Position numbers and translations under genes: made by a program. A stretch of 64,000 nucleotides of DNA from Trichinella spiralis (Eukaryota): assembly GCF_000181795.1 (NCBI RefSeq), contig NW_003526941.1, positions 5,929,008 to 5,993,007 of the forward strand. The letters are read 5' to 3'. Positions 40,673 through 52,901 of this stretch are shown piece by piece. The number at the start of each line of letters is the position of its first letter. The first letter of the stretch is position 1. The notes beneath the pieces were generated by a model. That model worked only from the letters and a program-made list of their open reading frames with translations, was not told the DNA's origin and ran no database searches.

Positions 40673-43600
40673 TCATTGTTGTCCACTGTACTGCATTGGA
40701 TTCATAAACGTGACACCACCGTCCTTTTCATGATTCTGATGACTGTCGTCAATTCTCTCCTGAAATCAGTGATTGATGACGATGAGGAGGAGGAGGAAAA
40801 TTGTTTGAACAAGCATCACTGCCATAATTATTCAAATTATATATTTAAAACGTACTGGCTGTGTGAATGGATCAGAAAATGGAGTTGTCAATTCTGTATT
40901 GTCTGAATCAGACGGTGGTTCGGGTACCCAGAAGTTCTGCACTGCAGACGAAGTTCTCAAATCACCACCATCTCTGATCGCCGTTGGCATTGGAGGTAAG
41001 AATGCCGATTTGCTGCTGCTCAAGTTGCTAGACTGAGCAGAGTCGCCGCTAACCATGACGTTGACGTATCGTTGACCTAATAATTTGATATAAATAAAAT
41101 GCACCACCAAAAAGCATATACAATATGAATATTGGAGAAAATTAAAATGACAATTTCTGCCTTGTTTTCAAAAAAAAAGTTATCAACAAAACACTGTACA
41201 TTATTATATAACAACCGCATTATTATTACACGATGTAAAATTGATGAAAGACAATGAAATGTCCTCCAATATCATCATTTTGCACAACAGAAACAATGGT
41301 TGAACAAAAAAAAAAACAATCTTACTTCCAACAGCAAATCGATTCGGACGAACTTCGCTTGCAGCAACTGAATTGAGGTTGCTTACATCTGCATTAAAAA
41401 TGGGCAAGCAAAATATATTCAAAACAGCAGCGACAACGTCTATTGCAAACATATACCGGAGGAAAAAGTCTGTTCATCGCTTTCAGCACTGTAATTGTTG
41501 AATGATGATAATGATTCTACGGGCAATGTTTTCGGTGGCGGAGCAACGTCCACACTGGCATCGTCTTCACTAGCATTCATGTTAACCCATCGTTTTTTCT
41601 GCTCATCCCAAACAATCTGAACAAAACACCAAATTAAACAAAACCAGCGGATCAATTTGAAATTATAAACAAATAGATTAAAGAAAAAAAACATACAGAT
41701 TTTTTCGAATCATCCGGTAAGATCATCTCATTTGCACCCTTCGGAATAAACTTTTGTATAATGCCACCCATGGTCTTTCCAAGCCAACTCTATAAACAAT
41801 ATATATATATATATAGCTATTAACAAAAGACTAATAAAAAATTGAACCTGGTTGCGTTTAGCTTCGTCGGTTATTTTGTCAGAATCTTGTTGCTGTTGTT
41901 GGCAGTGCTGGTACTGATGCTGCTTAGCATGATGAAATTGCTGCTGCTGCTGTTGTTGATGAACTAGCATTGCATTATTTTTTACATCCAACATAGTCGA
42001 AGACAAGCTAAATGTGTTTGTTACATTATTATCTTCACACTGAGTAGAAAATGAACCGCTAATGTCGGATGTGAATCTGTTTACACTGGTGATGAAGTTA
42101 TTAGCATTTTGTTGTTGTTGTCGTTGTTGTTCATCAAATGATGGAATTGCAGTTGCTGATTCAACTGTATCAGCAGCAGTATGATGGGGATGATGGTCAG
42201 CGGCGGGTATGTTTGGGGTGAAATTTGAAGATTTGAATTGAGCACAGTCGTCTTTAGCGGTCACTTGTGCACTGTCTGAGGAGAAATTTGGCAAGTTCTG
42301 CTGCTGTGTGATTTGAAGCCTCTGAAAAGAGATTTGCATAGAGGTTTCCGCTGAAAGCGCCGGGTCCATCAGTTGAACGGAAGCAGCTGATTTGTTGTTA
42401 GCTTCTGCATTCAAATTCGATTCAACTAAAAACACCCGAACCAGCAAAAATTTTAGAATACAACAAAAAAGAAGGTTAAAATGAATAACGTTTTTCAAAA
42501 AACCAACATACGAGACTGAATTGTCTCCATTTTCTTCATTTCCACACCACCATGATCACAGTCATTCAAAATGGCTGACTGAAAATTATCAAAAATTGAA
42601 AATTATCTGCTTTTTAAAAAAGAATATTTGAAATAAACAGGCAAACTCACTCCAGACATTGAAGTGTTTTGAAATAAATTTCCCAATGAGGTAATCCATT
42701 CAGGCTGCACATAGTCGCTCGCGATGCTTTGGATGTACGACTCGTGTTCAACGTCGAACCGTTGAAATCGAGACGCCAGAGCGTAAACAATGCTTGCATG
42801 AGCTCTGTCTGGCATCAAGCCGGTTGTTGCAAATTCGTAAGCCATTGTTTTGTACAGTACTTTGCAATAGTTGAGCACCTCCTCTCGAAAGCCCAATTCA
42901 GCCAAATGAAGCGCATATTGCAGTTTATACTTCTAAACGGAAAAACATTCAAATAAATAACTAAACATATATAAATATATGTACTGTCAAAATTACAAAC
43001 AAAATACCTGCAAAGATCGAATCCAAAAAGTGGCTTTTTTCACATTCATCCAATGCAACGCCAAAGCATATTCCACAAGTTCAGTGAACAGATATTTTTG
43101 CGTAACAAATACAGTTTCATCGGACTGTCGTCCATCTCGATCAGCTCCGATCAACGTGATCAAAGGTCCACGTTCGGCGTTGCCTTCGAAAGCATCCCAG
43201 CCGACCAACAGCTGGCAACAGATGAAACAGAACTGTCCGGCAAAAGTCTGGCCGTTGTTGACCAACGAATCGCCCATCGACAAAACCCCGTACATTTGAC
43301 GTTGCAGCGACTCGAAATCCGCGGGATCTTGGGTCAAATTGGCCAAAATCATCGCCAAATGTGCCCGCCATTCGTTCACACTGTCCATTGGCCTGGTCGA
43401 AGCGTACGGTATACCGCCGGACAGCATCTGGTACAACGTCTGCAAAGGACTGTCCAACGGTACCGAGTTGGCGAACCTGGTCATGACGGTGCTGTGAAAA
43501 CGGGGGCCCATCTTCATCGCCAAAAACAACGCGTGCCCCCAGAGCTGGCTGCCCATGGCCAACTCCAACGCCTCCTTCTTGGAACCGCGCAACAGCAGCC

Positions 43601-46227
43601 GGACGAATTCCTTTTCGGCGCGGTTGGCCGTCTGCGCGCCAACGTGGTGCCGGCGCCGCGGCTCCAACACGCGTCGACCCTTCACCGCGTCAGCTCTACG
43701 AGCAATGACGAAACCGTTTTCCGTTTCACTGTCCGTCGAATTTGTCGAACTGTTCGACTTGTATTCCACATCACAGTGCTGGTCATTGTCGTCTTCGTCG
43801 TCACCAGCCAACGGATCCCACTCACCCAGCAACAACTCTGCCAAATCGACACCGCTCACAACCTGCCAAGAAAGCACAGAGATGAAAAAAAAATAAACAC
43901 ATCGCAAATGCAAATTACATTTCACAATTTTACAACACTTACACCATTCTGACGAATCAGCAACATCATCATTTGGAAAAATAACACCAAACTGCTGTGA
44001 TCACGAAATTTGCTTCCACCTTTGAACAATTCCAACTGCTTTTGACAATACTGTAGAACGGTCTCTTTGAGCGTGCACTGCGAATCCAACGGTCCGGGAA
44101 ATTCTCGGATCTGCGTCGTTTCGACGGCAATGTCGCCACTGCTGTCGGCCAACAATGCCCAAGTGCTGCGGATTTCGATCGACGTCGACAAGGCTTTCGA
44201 ATTTTTGCCACTGGTGTGAATGATCAAATTCCCGCCGGAACCAAAACGAGCAATCGCGTGCGCTTGTGAATACAAGTACGGCTCTGCAAAGCGGCAACAA
44301 AAATACGTTGGACAATGAAATGAAATAAAACAAGTTCGAGCTTACCATTAACTTTTATCAAATCACCATGGATGCCAGTATCCTCGCCGACAGGTTGATT
44401 TCTAAAACAAGCGACCTTCAATACTACTTATTCAGCCAGTGATTCACTTATTAGCATATCATATATTAACGAAATATAATTATTTTACACTGCTGTTGAC
44501 GATGAAGAATTCAAAGCGGAAGTGTTCGACGAAGCTGCTTTTCCAACAACGGTATGAGAAGTCTGCCCAGACAATGCCATACGTTGCTTGGTTGACCACC
44601 AGTATATCATGTCGTACGTAGGCCAACGTCCATTCAAACGATAATATTCCAACAACCACTGCCTCCACCCGGGTGCTAAAACAATTTCTTTTCTTGTAAA
44701 ATGATGCGTAGTTTTGCACAATTTTTCTTTACTTTGAAGAAGTGATTTAATTCGAGGATCAACGTGTGACTGAACTCGCCAAGGATGATCAGAGTCACCA
44801 GGTGCTGCTTTGTAATAATATTCTTCTTCATCGCTGTCATCGTAGTGACGATTTTCGTACAGTTGAGATTGGGCACTTTTCGGCCGATATTCTTTCTGCA
44901 ATCGTCGACCACGTTCCACTGTATATCTGAAAATCAAAATCAAACCACATCAATACACCATATATTTATATAAAAAACGCTCGAAAAACCTATTGTCTTC
45001 ACGATCGCTCATTCTCGACATCGAACGCACCAATGCACCACGGTCATCATAATATTCTTCTCTTTTTTGTGTATTAGTATGCTGATGACGACGCGCTGAA
45101 CTGCGACCACTGGATTTTGGGAACGTTCTATAATCTACACGTTGCGTACGATAAAACTGTTGTCCACGACCATCGTTGCCTTCTTCATAATCGTCGTTGT
45201 CGTCATCTTCTTCTTCCTCCTCATCTTCATATTCTCTTTCTAGATCCTCTTCCTCGTCGTCGTCATCAGAATAATGACGACGGTAGTATCGTCGTCGACG
45301 AACCTCGGCAATTCTTCTCGACTGCACTTTGGGTTCCACTGCAGAGACCTTCGTCCGTTGACGATAAGCTCGTCGTTTCACTTGACGATCTTCATCACTG
45401 CCTGAATGGACTTCACCGGCAACAGCTTGGCCGGGACGACGCGATCCACTTCCGGTCGTGGTTGGCGAATCGGCAGCAGTGCAAGGCAACAATGTCACCG
45501 GAGAGACCACTTCGGTCACTTTTGTGGGCAACAAGCTGATCACCTCGGACGCGGAACGGTCCAACTGTTGTCCACTTGAACGACGCACGCCGACACTGCT
45601 CTTGGCGGCCGCTTCTCGGAATCGACGATGCAAAGAGGCCGTACTTTGCTTGTTCAACCTGGGGGCCAACAATGAAATACTGCTCGGTCGAAGTACATTG
45701 TTCCCAGACTGGCCAGACTCTGAACCGGATACTGCACGTTCGACGGATGCCGACTCCATGTGGCCAGCATCCAATATTCTGGGCGACTCCCTGTGGCTTG
45801 CTTCCGATATTCTGGGCGACTCCCCGTGGCCAGCATCCGATATTTTGGGCGATTCCCTGTGGCCAGCATCCAATATTCTAGGCGACTCCGTTTGGCAAGG
45901 CTGGTGAGCAGCAGCAAAAGCAGCATTTGCAACCGCTTCATCAATTCGACGATCGCAACTCGCAGATTCTACATGCTCAAAATACTTCACCACTTGCTCT
46001 ACAGGTTCACTTGTTTGAACAGAAAAAGTTGTGGTCGCGGACACTTCCAACAAGGCAGGATTTCGAGGCAATTTCGGATCAACGAGCGGACGTTGACATG
46101 GAGACTCAAACTGACAAAATTCACCACTGTTAGCAGCTTCATTTTCATTCAGTATTTGAGACCAGTCAAATTCAAGTTCCGCTTTTTCAACCGCTTCCGG
46201 AACATCACCATCAGCAGACGACTGCAT
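40673..46227 (-). CDS. SEC16: ER exit-site scaffold Sec16
   Basis: Multi-exon gene with a long disordered N-terminus, a central conserved domain (ARFGSGG.L; FPGPL; LLLRGSKKEALELAMGSQLWGHALFLA; PLQTLYQ; WRAHLAMILAN) and C-terminal motifs MILPDDSKKSIVWDEQKKRWVN, RYVNV and FMNP. Confidence 0.92.
45748..45890 (-). repeat. Coding 33-bp tandem repeat (~4 copies, ESPRILDAGHR-like) in the Sec16 N-terminus
   Basis: Translation ESPRILDAGHR ESPKISDAGHG ESPRISEASHR ESPRILDAGHM. Confidence 0.93.
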
Positions 46228-47941
46228 CACCAATCAATCTTAACGATCATCAATAATTAATGTCAAAACTGCAAATCGAATTCGTACAAAAATTAAACAA
46301 AATTAACACTTCATATAACTAAATGATCTAAATAAATCATAAAATGCAAGCACAATCAATTAATAATCTTCGAACTTTTCTTACATATTTAACTTGATGA
46401 GAACATTATTCAAAAATTGCACAGAATCATTCAAAACATGTCAGATGATTTTAAAACTAATCTGCTCGAGTATTAATACGTATATATATATACACTGAAT
46501 GTTTAAAATAAGTTTCATTTTACACTTGAGAAATTTCAACCAGCAGCAACTATTCTGAAATAAGTCAATTAAACGAGCAACTGAAACAAATAAACTAAAA
46601 TTAAAATCAAGTTCTTCTTATTGTTGGCTTTTAGTGTGAAACTTACGAGTATATAATAGTAATCAGTAACAGGAAAAATGAAATTTATCATCAAATACAA
46701 AGAGAATTAAAATAAACATTTTTATGATGACGTCAAAATAAAAAATATCTGAAATAAAGCATATGCTGAAGTCGGTACTGTTCATACAAATATGACAAAT
46801 ATTTTTAAAGACGCGTTCAATTTTGAAATGATGGGCTAGAATCAAATATTTATTTATATATAAATGCGAAATTTATTACCAGCTGAGATTCAGTAAAACA
46901 AAAATAACAACAATTAACTTTTCAAATCATAATCTCTTATCTTACCATCATATATTGACTACTTTTCTTGTCTGATTTTTGTTGGCGTTTCTCTTCAAAC
47001 TATGCAACAAACTATATGTAAATAATTGAAATAAACCACTCCTAAAGTATGTGCGGGAAGAGAAATAAAAAAATCAAGAAAACTGGATAACTAAATACAG
47101 TTCAACGAAACTTTACACAACCCGTACACATGGTGAAGGACAGACACCGTACTCCAACTTACATGAATTCTACAATTTTGAGTAACAATTAAAGATTTTC
47201 AAAATTAATACTAAAAATTTTTTAAACAAAAACATGCATGAATATTCGCATAACATTAAAGTTAAATTACAAATTCGATCAAAAATGGCGAAACGTAAAT
47301 GAAAAATAAGAATTCGGTGAATTTCTTACAAAAATGACACTGTAAAATATTTATTTCTAATATTCAGGTTCAACCTGGATTCACCAACAGATATTTCGCC
47401 CTTCCCGTAAAAAACATTTGAATTTCAAATTTATTTGTTAAAAGAATATTATTTTTTGACTATTTAATAAATAAATTTAAGGTTATGTGACGTATGCATA
47501 TATGCAGTTTGTCGTCAAAACTATGCTGCTAATGCAATTATTATAAATCAAACTATGCAACATTAATAAAATAAATAAATTTGATATGTAAAAATAAATG
47601 AAGATGCAACAATTTCGTTCATCGCAAAGTGCTAGAAGCCATTCATGCCGGAAAGCTAAACATTAAGCTCTTTACAATTCTTTTTTCCGGCATTTTCTGT
47701 ATATTTTCAAAAATACTACTTTTAGTTTAAAGAATTTCTTCGAGTAACATCAATCTACCCAAGCGCAGAGTCGTCGATTAATTAGTGTGAAAAACTTTTA
47801 CGTTTAATAACTTATACTGTAACTGATTAAAACGTGAAAATCATGCTACTGTTAGTTTAAAATACGTACATTATACATTGTAGAAATGTTTTCCATTGTG
47901 AAATATGCTGAATACATTTCAAATAACTTACAATTTTCTCC

Positions 47942-49378
47942 ATGATTGTAAAAACTGCGGCCGACGCTTGGAATTTATTGAATGGCATCTGTTGCATTGT
48001 TAAGCCAAGAGAAACCTCTACAAATACGCTATGTAAATTGATTGTAAAAGCACTGTGCAAAGGTTTGCAATTTGAAAGTTCAAATATAATTAAGTAAATT
48101 CAGTTTTTAAGAGTTAAATGAATTTGATGAGTGGGAACCGAAAACTTATAATCGTCCTGTATTTACTGAGGACAAAAAAACTCTACTGTTGAAAATTAAA
48201 AGCTATAAGCAGCAAATTGATTACTCTGATCATCCACTAGGTAAAACACATTTACCATTAACTTGATTGATAATCACGAATCATAATTTTAAGTTGTTGG
48301 TGAAGGTTATCAATTATGTGATTTCCAAGTCGAACCTGTAATAGAGACAAATGCCTTAACGTCTGGACTATGCTGTATGTTTTCATTTCATTTCATTTTT
48401 CATATTATGCGACAATTTTAATTGCAAGCGTATTTTAGTGATTGGAATAAACAGCGGTTGTGATCTCATAGCTGCAATGAAACGTCTTAGGCCGTTAAGT
48501 GAATATCACATCACTGGTATGCTTGGACGTGCCACTATTGACCATAGTGTTCAGGGGAAAATAGTCGAAAAGTCAACATACAGTTCGTTGTTTCAATGAA
48601 CTATGCAAACTATATCAAAAGGGTGTAAATATCTCCTATGTTACAGAGCACGTCACTTGTACAAACTTGAATCGGGTATTGGCGAAATTGACTGCAAATA
48701 ATTTGAAAGCAGCCTTCGAGTAATAATAATTATTATTTTATTCTTATTTTTAATTTTATTCGCAATTTTAATTACAGTTCCGCTGGAGTTGATTTACAAA
48801 GCCAAAAAGCATTCGAACTGGCCAGTCAAGGTTTAGTTCGCCCGCGTGAAGATTCTTTTCCCATATTTTACAAACTTTGTGTTGTGCAATTTCGAAAACC
48901 ATTTTTCACCATGAGTTCGTTTTTATTTCTCATGTTTTGAAATAAAAAAGTATGCTAATTTCCCTCTTTTGATGCAGAAGTGAAATGCGTGAACGAAGAT
49001 GAAGCTAGTTTGAAAACTTTAGTGCACGAAGTTGGCCTGTCCGCGAAAACTACAGCCGCTTGCGTATCTATCAGACGTGTTCGTCATGGTCATTTTTCCC
49101 TTCAGCATGCTCTGCTGGTGAAACAGATCAGCTTGCAAAATATAATCAATAATTTAATAACTTGTCAACGGATTTGGGATTGGTCACAGCAGAACTGCCA
49201 AAACACGTCGACAATCAAGAGACGACCGCTGCCAGAGATTCCGACCGTTTTGGATTTAATTCCGGCAGATGACAGTCTAGCAGCATTTGAAGAGGAAGAA
49301 GAAGAGGAATGTACTAGAAATGACAACATTCAACGCAAAGAGTTTATCTCTAAATTTGATCCTTTCTTAATTGAATGA
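47942..49378 (+). CDS. TRUB2: TruB-family pseudouridine synthase-like protein 2 (mitochondrial TRUB2-like)
   Basis: Spliced translation contains LNGICCIVKP, DHPLVVG, EYHITGMLGRAT...GKIVEKSTYKHVT, VDLQSQKAFELASQGLVRP and LVHEVGLSAKTTAACVSIRRVRHGHFSLQHALL, matching the TRUB2 layout. Confidence 0.88.
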
Positions 49379-49529
49379 ACAAAATCATCAATCACCAATT
49401 ATTATGCAAATTTGTTGATGATATTTCCCTGTTCAGCAAAAAATGAACAATATACCAAAAATTATGAATAAAATATAAGACAGATGCATAATTTGAAAGC
49501 AACATACAGAGAAAAATCATGCTAATGTA

Positions 49530-49997
49530 TTATTGTTCGTCGTCGTTGACATAGGCTGGCACTTTGGGTTGCATTTCGGCAATGTACAAACGACGATACG
49601 AACGAGAATAGTAGAATACAGCGAATGCCCATTTCCAAGTCATCCAACCCCAGACCAGTGCGATCCAGTAATTTTCACCGTAAAGCATGCGCAAATTCTG
49701 TCCAAGCACCACGGCCAGGCTGATGTAAGCGACCATGACGCTAACTCCGGCCAATTGACCAACGCATCCGACAAGCATGCAGGTACGCAGACGAGGCAAC
49801 CATGAGCGCAGGGTGAGATTTTTGTGCTTGATGTGCAAAATGAGCACGAAGGCGGCAAAAATGGACGAGACGAACGACCATCCGGCGGCGTTGTAGTTGC
49901 GAAAGTGGAAAGCGAACGGGATGCCGGCCAACAGACCACAAGCCACACCCAACGAAGCAATAACAATTCGTACTGTAACAACGGTCGACGGACGCAT
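49530..49997 (-). CDS. hrg-1: HRG-1/SLC48A1-family heme transporter, intronless CDS, ~155 aa
   Basis: Four hydrophobic segments, His in TM2 (VLILHIKHK), the WGWMTWKW motif and a FARKY-like YSRSY after TM4. First ATG is at 49997. Confidence 0.88.
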   Translation of the reverse strand: MRPSTVVTVRIVIASLGVACGLLAGIPFAFHFRNYNAAGWSFVSSIFAAFVLILHIKHKNLTLRSWLPRLRTCMLVGCVGQLAGVSVMVAYISLAVVLGQNLRMLYGENYWIALVWGWMTWKWAFAVFYYSRSYRRLYIAEMQPKVPAYVNDDEQ

Positions 49998-52901
49998 GGT
50001 TGTCGGTTTAGGTTTCTTTAAATTTAAATTTCCAAGCAATTAAAGTTTACCAAACTGATGCTTCACCAAACCGAGAAACCAAATAACACCGAATCGATTT
50101 ATAAACTGCTTATTCATCCGAAGCTACAAATTTAAACAGTCTGTCAGTGGAAGAACACTGTCGAAATTGTCAAGCAACACTTGACGACGAAGCTTCTTGC
50201 TATTTTCATTCAACTACAGCCCGTCCAAAGCAAACAAGTCAAAACAACACTGGCGAGAGATTAAAGCAATGTTTCACTTTGTGGAATGAATCTGTTTGCA
50301 ACAATTTTCTCTCAGTTCACGCACGGCATCATCGTGCGATAGCAAAAAGAAGCAGAAAGCAACAAATATTCTCTTTTTTTTTCCAAAGTCTACAGCTCAA
50401 AATAAAATTTCCAAAACTGTAACATCATCCATCTGTTTTTGCGTTCACTTATTTTCAAATTTTAATAATAAATCTGATACTTTTTTTCATCATCTCATTA
50501 TATTACTTGTTCTCTTTTGCTAACCCCCAAAATGGAAATTGTCAAACTCGTGAAAACCTCTCGCAAGTGGTGGAATCGAAATTCATCAATCAACTTCTAA
50601 TCGCACGCTTCAGCTTATTGTTGCAATCGTTTAAGCAAAAAGAAACACAAAAAACAGAGATTGCTTCACCATCGTGTATTGTACAATTTTGAATTTCCCT
50701 TCAGCACGATAATCATACTGGCATTGTTGTGAGCAAAACAAGGTGGAAAACAATGCGAAACAAATGCCAACAACAATCGACAGTGATAATCGTGATGCAA
50801 TTAAACTGACACAAACTTTGTATGCGGATGTTTGGGGAAAAAAGCAGAAATAAGATAAGAGATGAGAAAAAGAAGTGATGTGTTGATTTTTGAAAGAGGT
50901 AATGAAAAACAATTATAAGCCAAAATACTTGCCATTGATAAAAATGGATAAATGTAATGAAGCTGAAAAATTTGAACACTGGAAATGTTCATCGCATTTA
51001 TCAAACTTTATTAATAACTTGACCATTTCCTAATTCTGTCGATAAATTTGTACCAATTATCTAAAGCAACTCTATTTAGCCAAAGAATAAAGAACCACTG
51101 CCCACTGCTTTGCAAATTGTTTTTCCGAAAGAAAATTAAAATGAAATAAAATAAAAGTTACAAATCAACAAAAAGAACAAAACATATACGAAAAAAAGCA
51201 TAAAGCTCAAAAAAAATCTTACATGATAAAGTGCATCATTGGCTAGGGATGGTGTAGTGGAATTGAACGCATTCAGCATACAGTACAGATGGAGTGGATG
51301 AAGGTTGAAATAAATTAGTTATCGTACTGGAGAAGTTCTACAAAACGCACGATAAAGTATCAAAATTCAATTACTCCATTCTCGAAAGTTGAACTGATTG
51401 AAAATTTCAAATTATTACTGTAGATGTTTTTAAGTTGTACTGTATTTTTTTCTTGACTTTCACTATTTTACAGTAACTTAAAAATTGTTGCAACTTTGGT
51501 TGAGCTTGAAAATAGTAATAAAATGCTTATTATTATTGTTATTATTCTTTAGGAGAAAGAAAAACAACTTTAATCTAGGCATTCGAAAAAAAGTAGATGC
51601 ACAGATGATGATGAACAAAAAGCCGGCTTGGTGCTTTTTTCTGATTATTTATTGTTGTGGAATTTTGCTGGCAAAGTTTCAGATTGTGTTGATCATTCCA
51701 TACTGCTATCACGTAAATGCCACCAACAAATGCACGAAACAACCACCAGCTGGCAAGTTTGGGTTGGGGAAAAAAATAATGATCAAACGAGCAGAAATTT
51801 TCGCTGGTGCTATTAATAAACAACACCAATGCATTGATCAGTTGTTATCAGCAACTGAAAAGTGGATTGCTGAAAGCGTAAAATTGGTTGTCTTTTCTGC
51901 ACTTCACCGGTTGGCAAAATCCGCTTGAAAATTTGAAATGGAAGTGTTAAAGAAAAAGAAACTAACCTTCTTCCATTTTATTTCACTACACAAAATGAAT
52001 CTACATTAATGGTTTCATTTAAAAAACAAAATTTTCTCTTCGCAAGGAGAAATTATTAAATAATAATAATAATAATAAGTGTTTGTGAGGTGAAATTAAA
52101 GTTGAACAGCGAGTGTCTTTGTTTTCGTCAGAAAAATGCGTCATTAAATATAACAAAGGACGTTCTGAAGAAAAAACACCGTTGTCCACAAAATAAAAAC
52201 AGAATAAAATTTTGTACACAACAGAGGGTAAAAAAGTTCAAGTGGATAAAATACCAAACAAACATTATACATATATATATATATATATATGCGGTGCATA
52301 CACATTGGGTGTCATTATTAGATAGACACACACACACACACAGTGTACACTGGAATGATGAAACAACATTTGGCTACAGATAGCGCAGAAGAGTTGAAAC
52401 GACGGTATGCTGTGTTTTTGAAAAAAAAAACAAATAAAATGATGAAACAATGTGGCAAATAAAGCAACAAAATAAATATGTGTGTAGAGAAATGAAATTT
52501 GTCAGTGCCAGTGCTGCTTGTTCGAAATGGAGTTAGAGAAAAAGTGAAGTAGATTGACTGTTTTTTCCATGAGGCGAATAAACGCGTGCCAATGGCTCTA
52601 GGCCCGTTTTCAAACTCCACTGATGGAAAATTAAAATAAAAAATTACTTTCACACACACACACGCACATATATATATATATATATACAATGAAGAAAATT
52701 AAAAAATAGTAACAATAAATTACACGTTTTTTTTCAATACACATACGGACGTACGAACTGGTGGTCGGACGGACGGACGGATAAGCATTAAATAAAAATT
52801 GCTGGTCCTCTGATGCAAAATTGTGACAATTCGATAATGTTATTGTCACAATTATTAATGAAATTATTAGGTCAGACATTGTCTGCATCAGATGGAAAAT
52901 T

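Noticed and set aside
43053..43952. 299-aa + strand ORF and other ORFs overlapping Sec16, Smad, HRG-1 and MAN2C1
   Set aside because: Antisense or frame shadows of GC-rich coding exons, with no recognisable motifs.
50147..52888. Short ORFs between HRG-1 and Smad, including the 147-aa ORF at 51485
   Set aside because: F/L/I/K-biased translations typical of AT-rich UTR or intergenic DNA.
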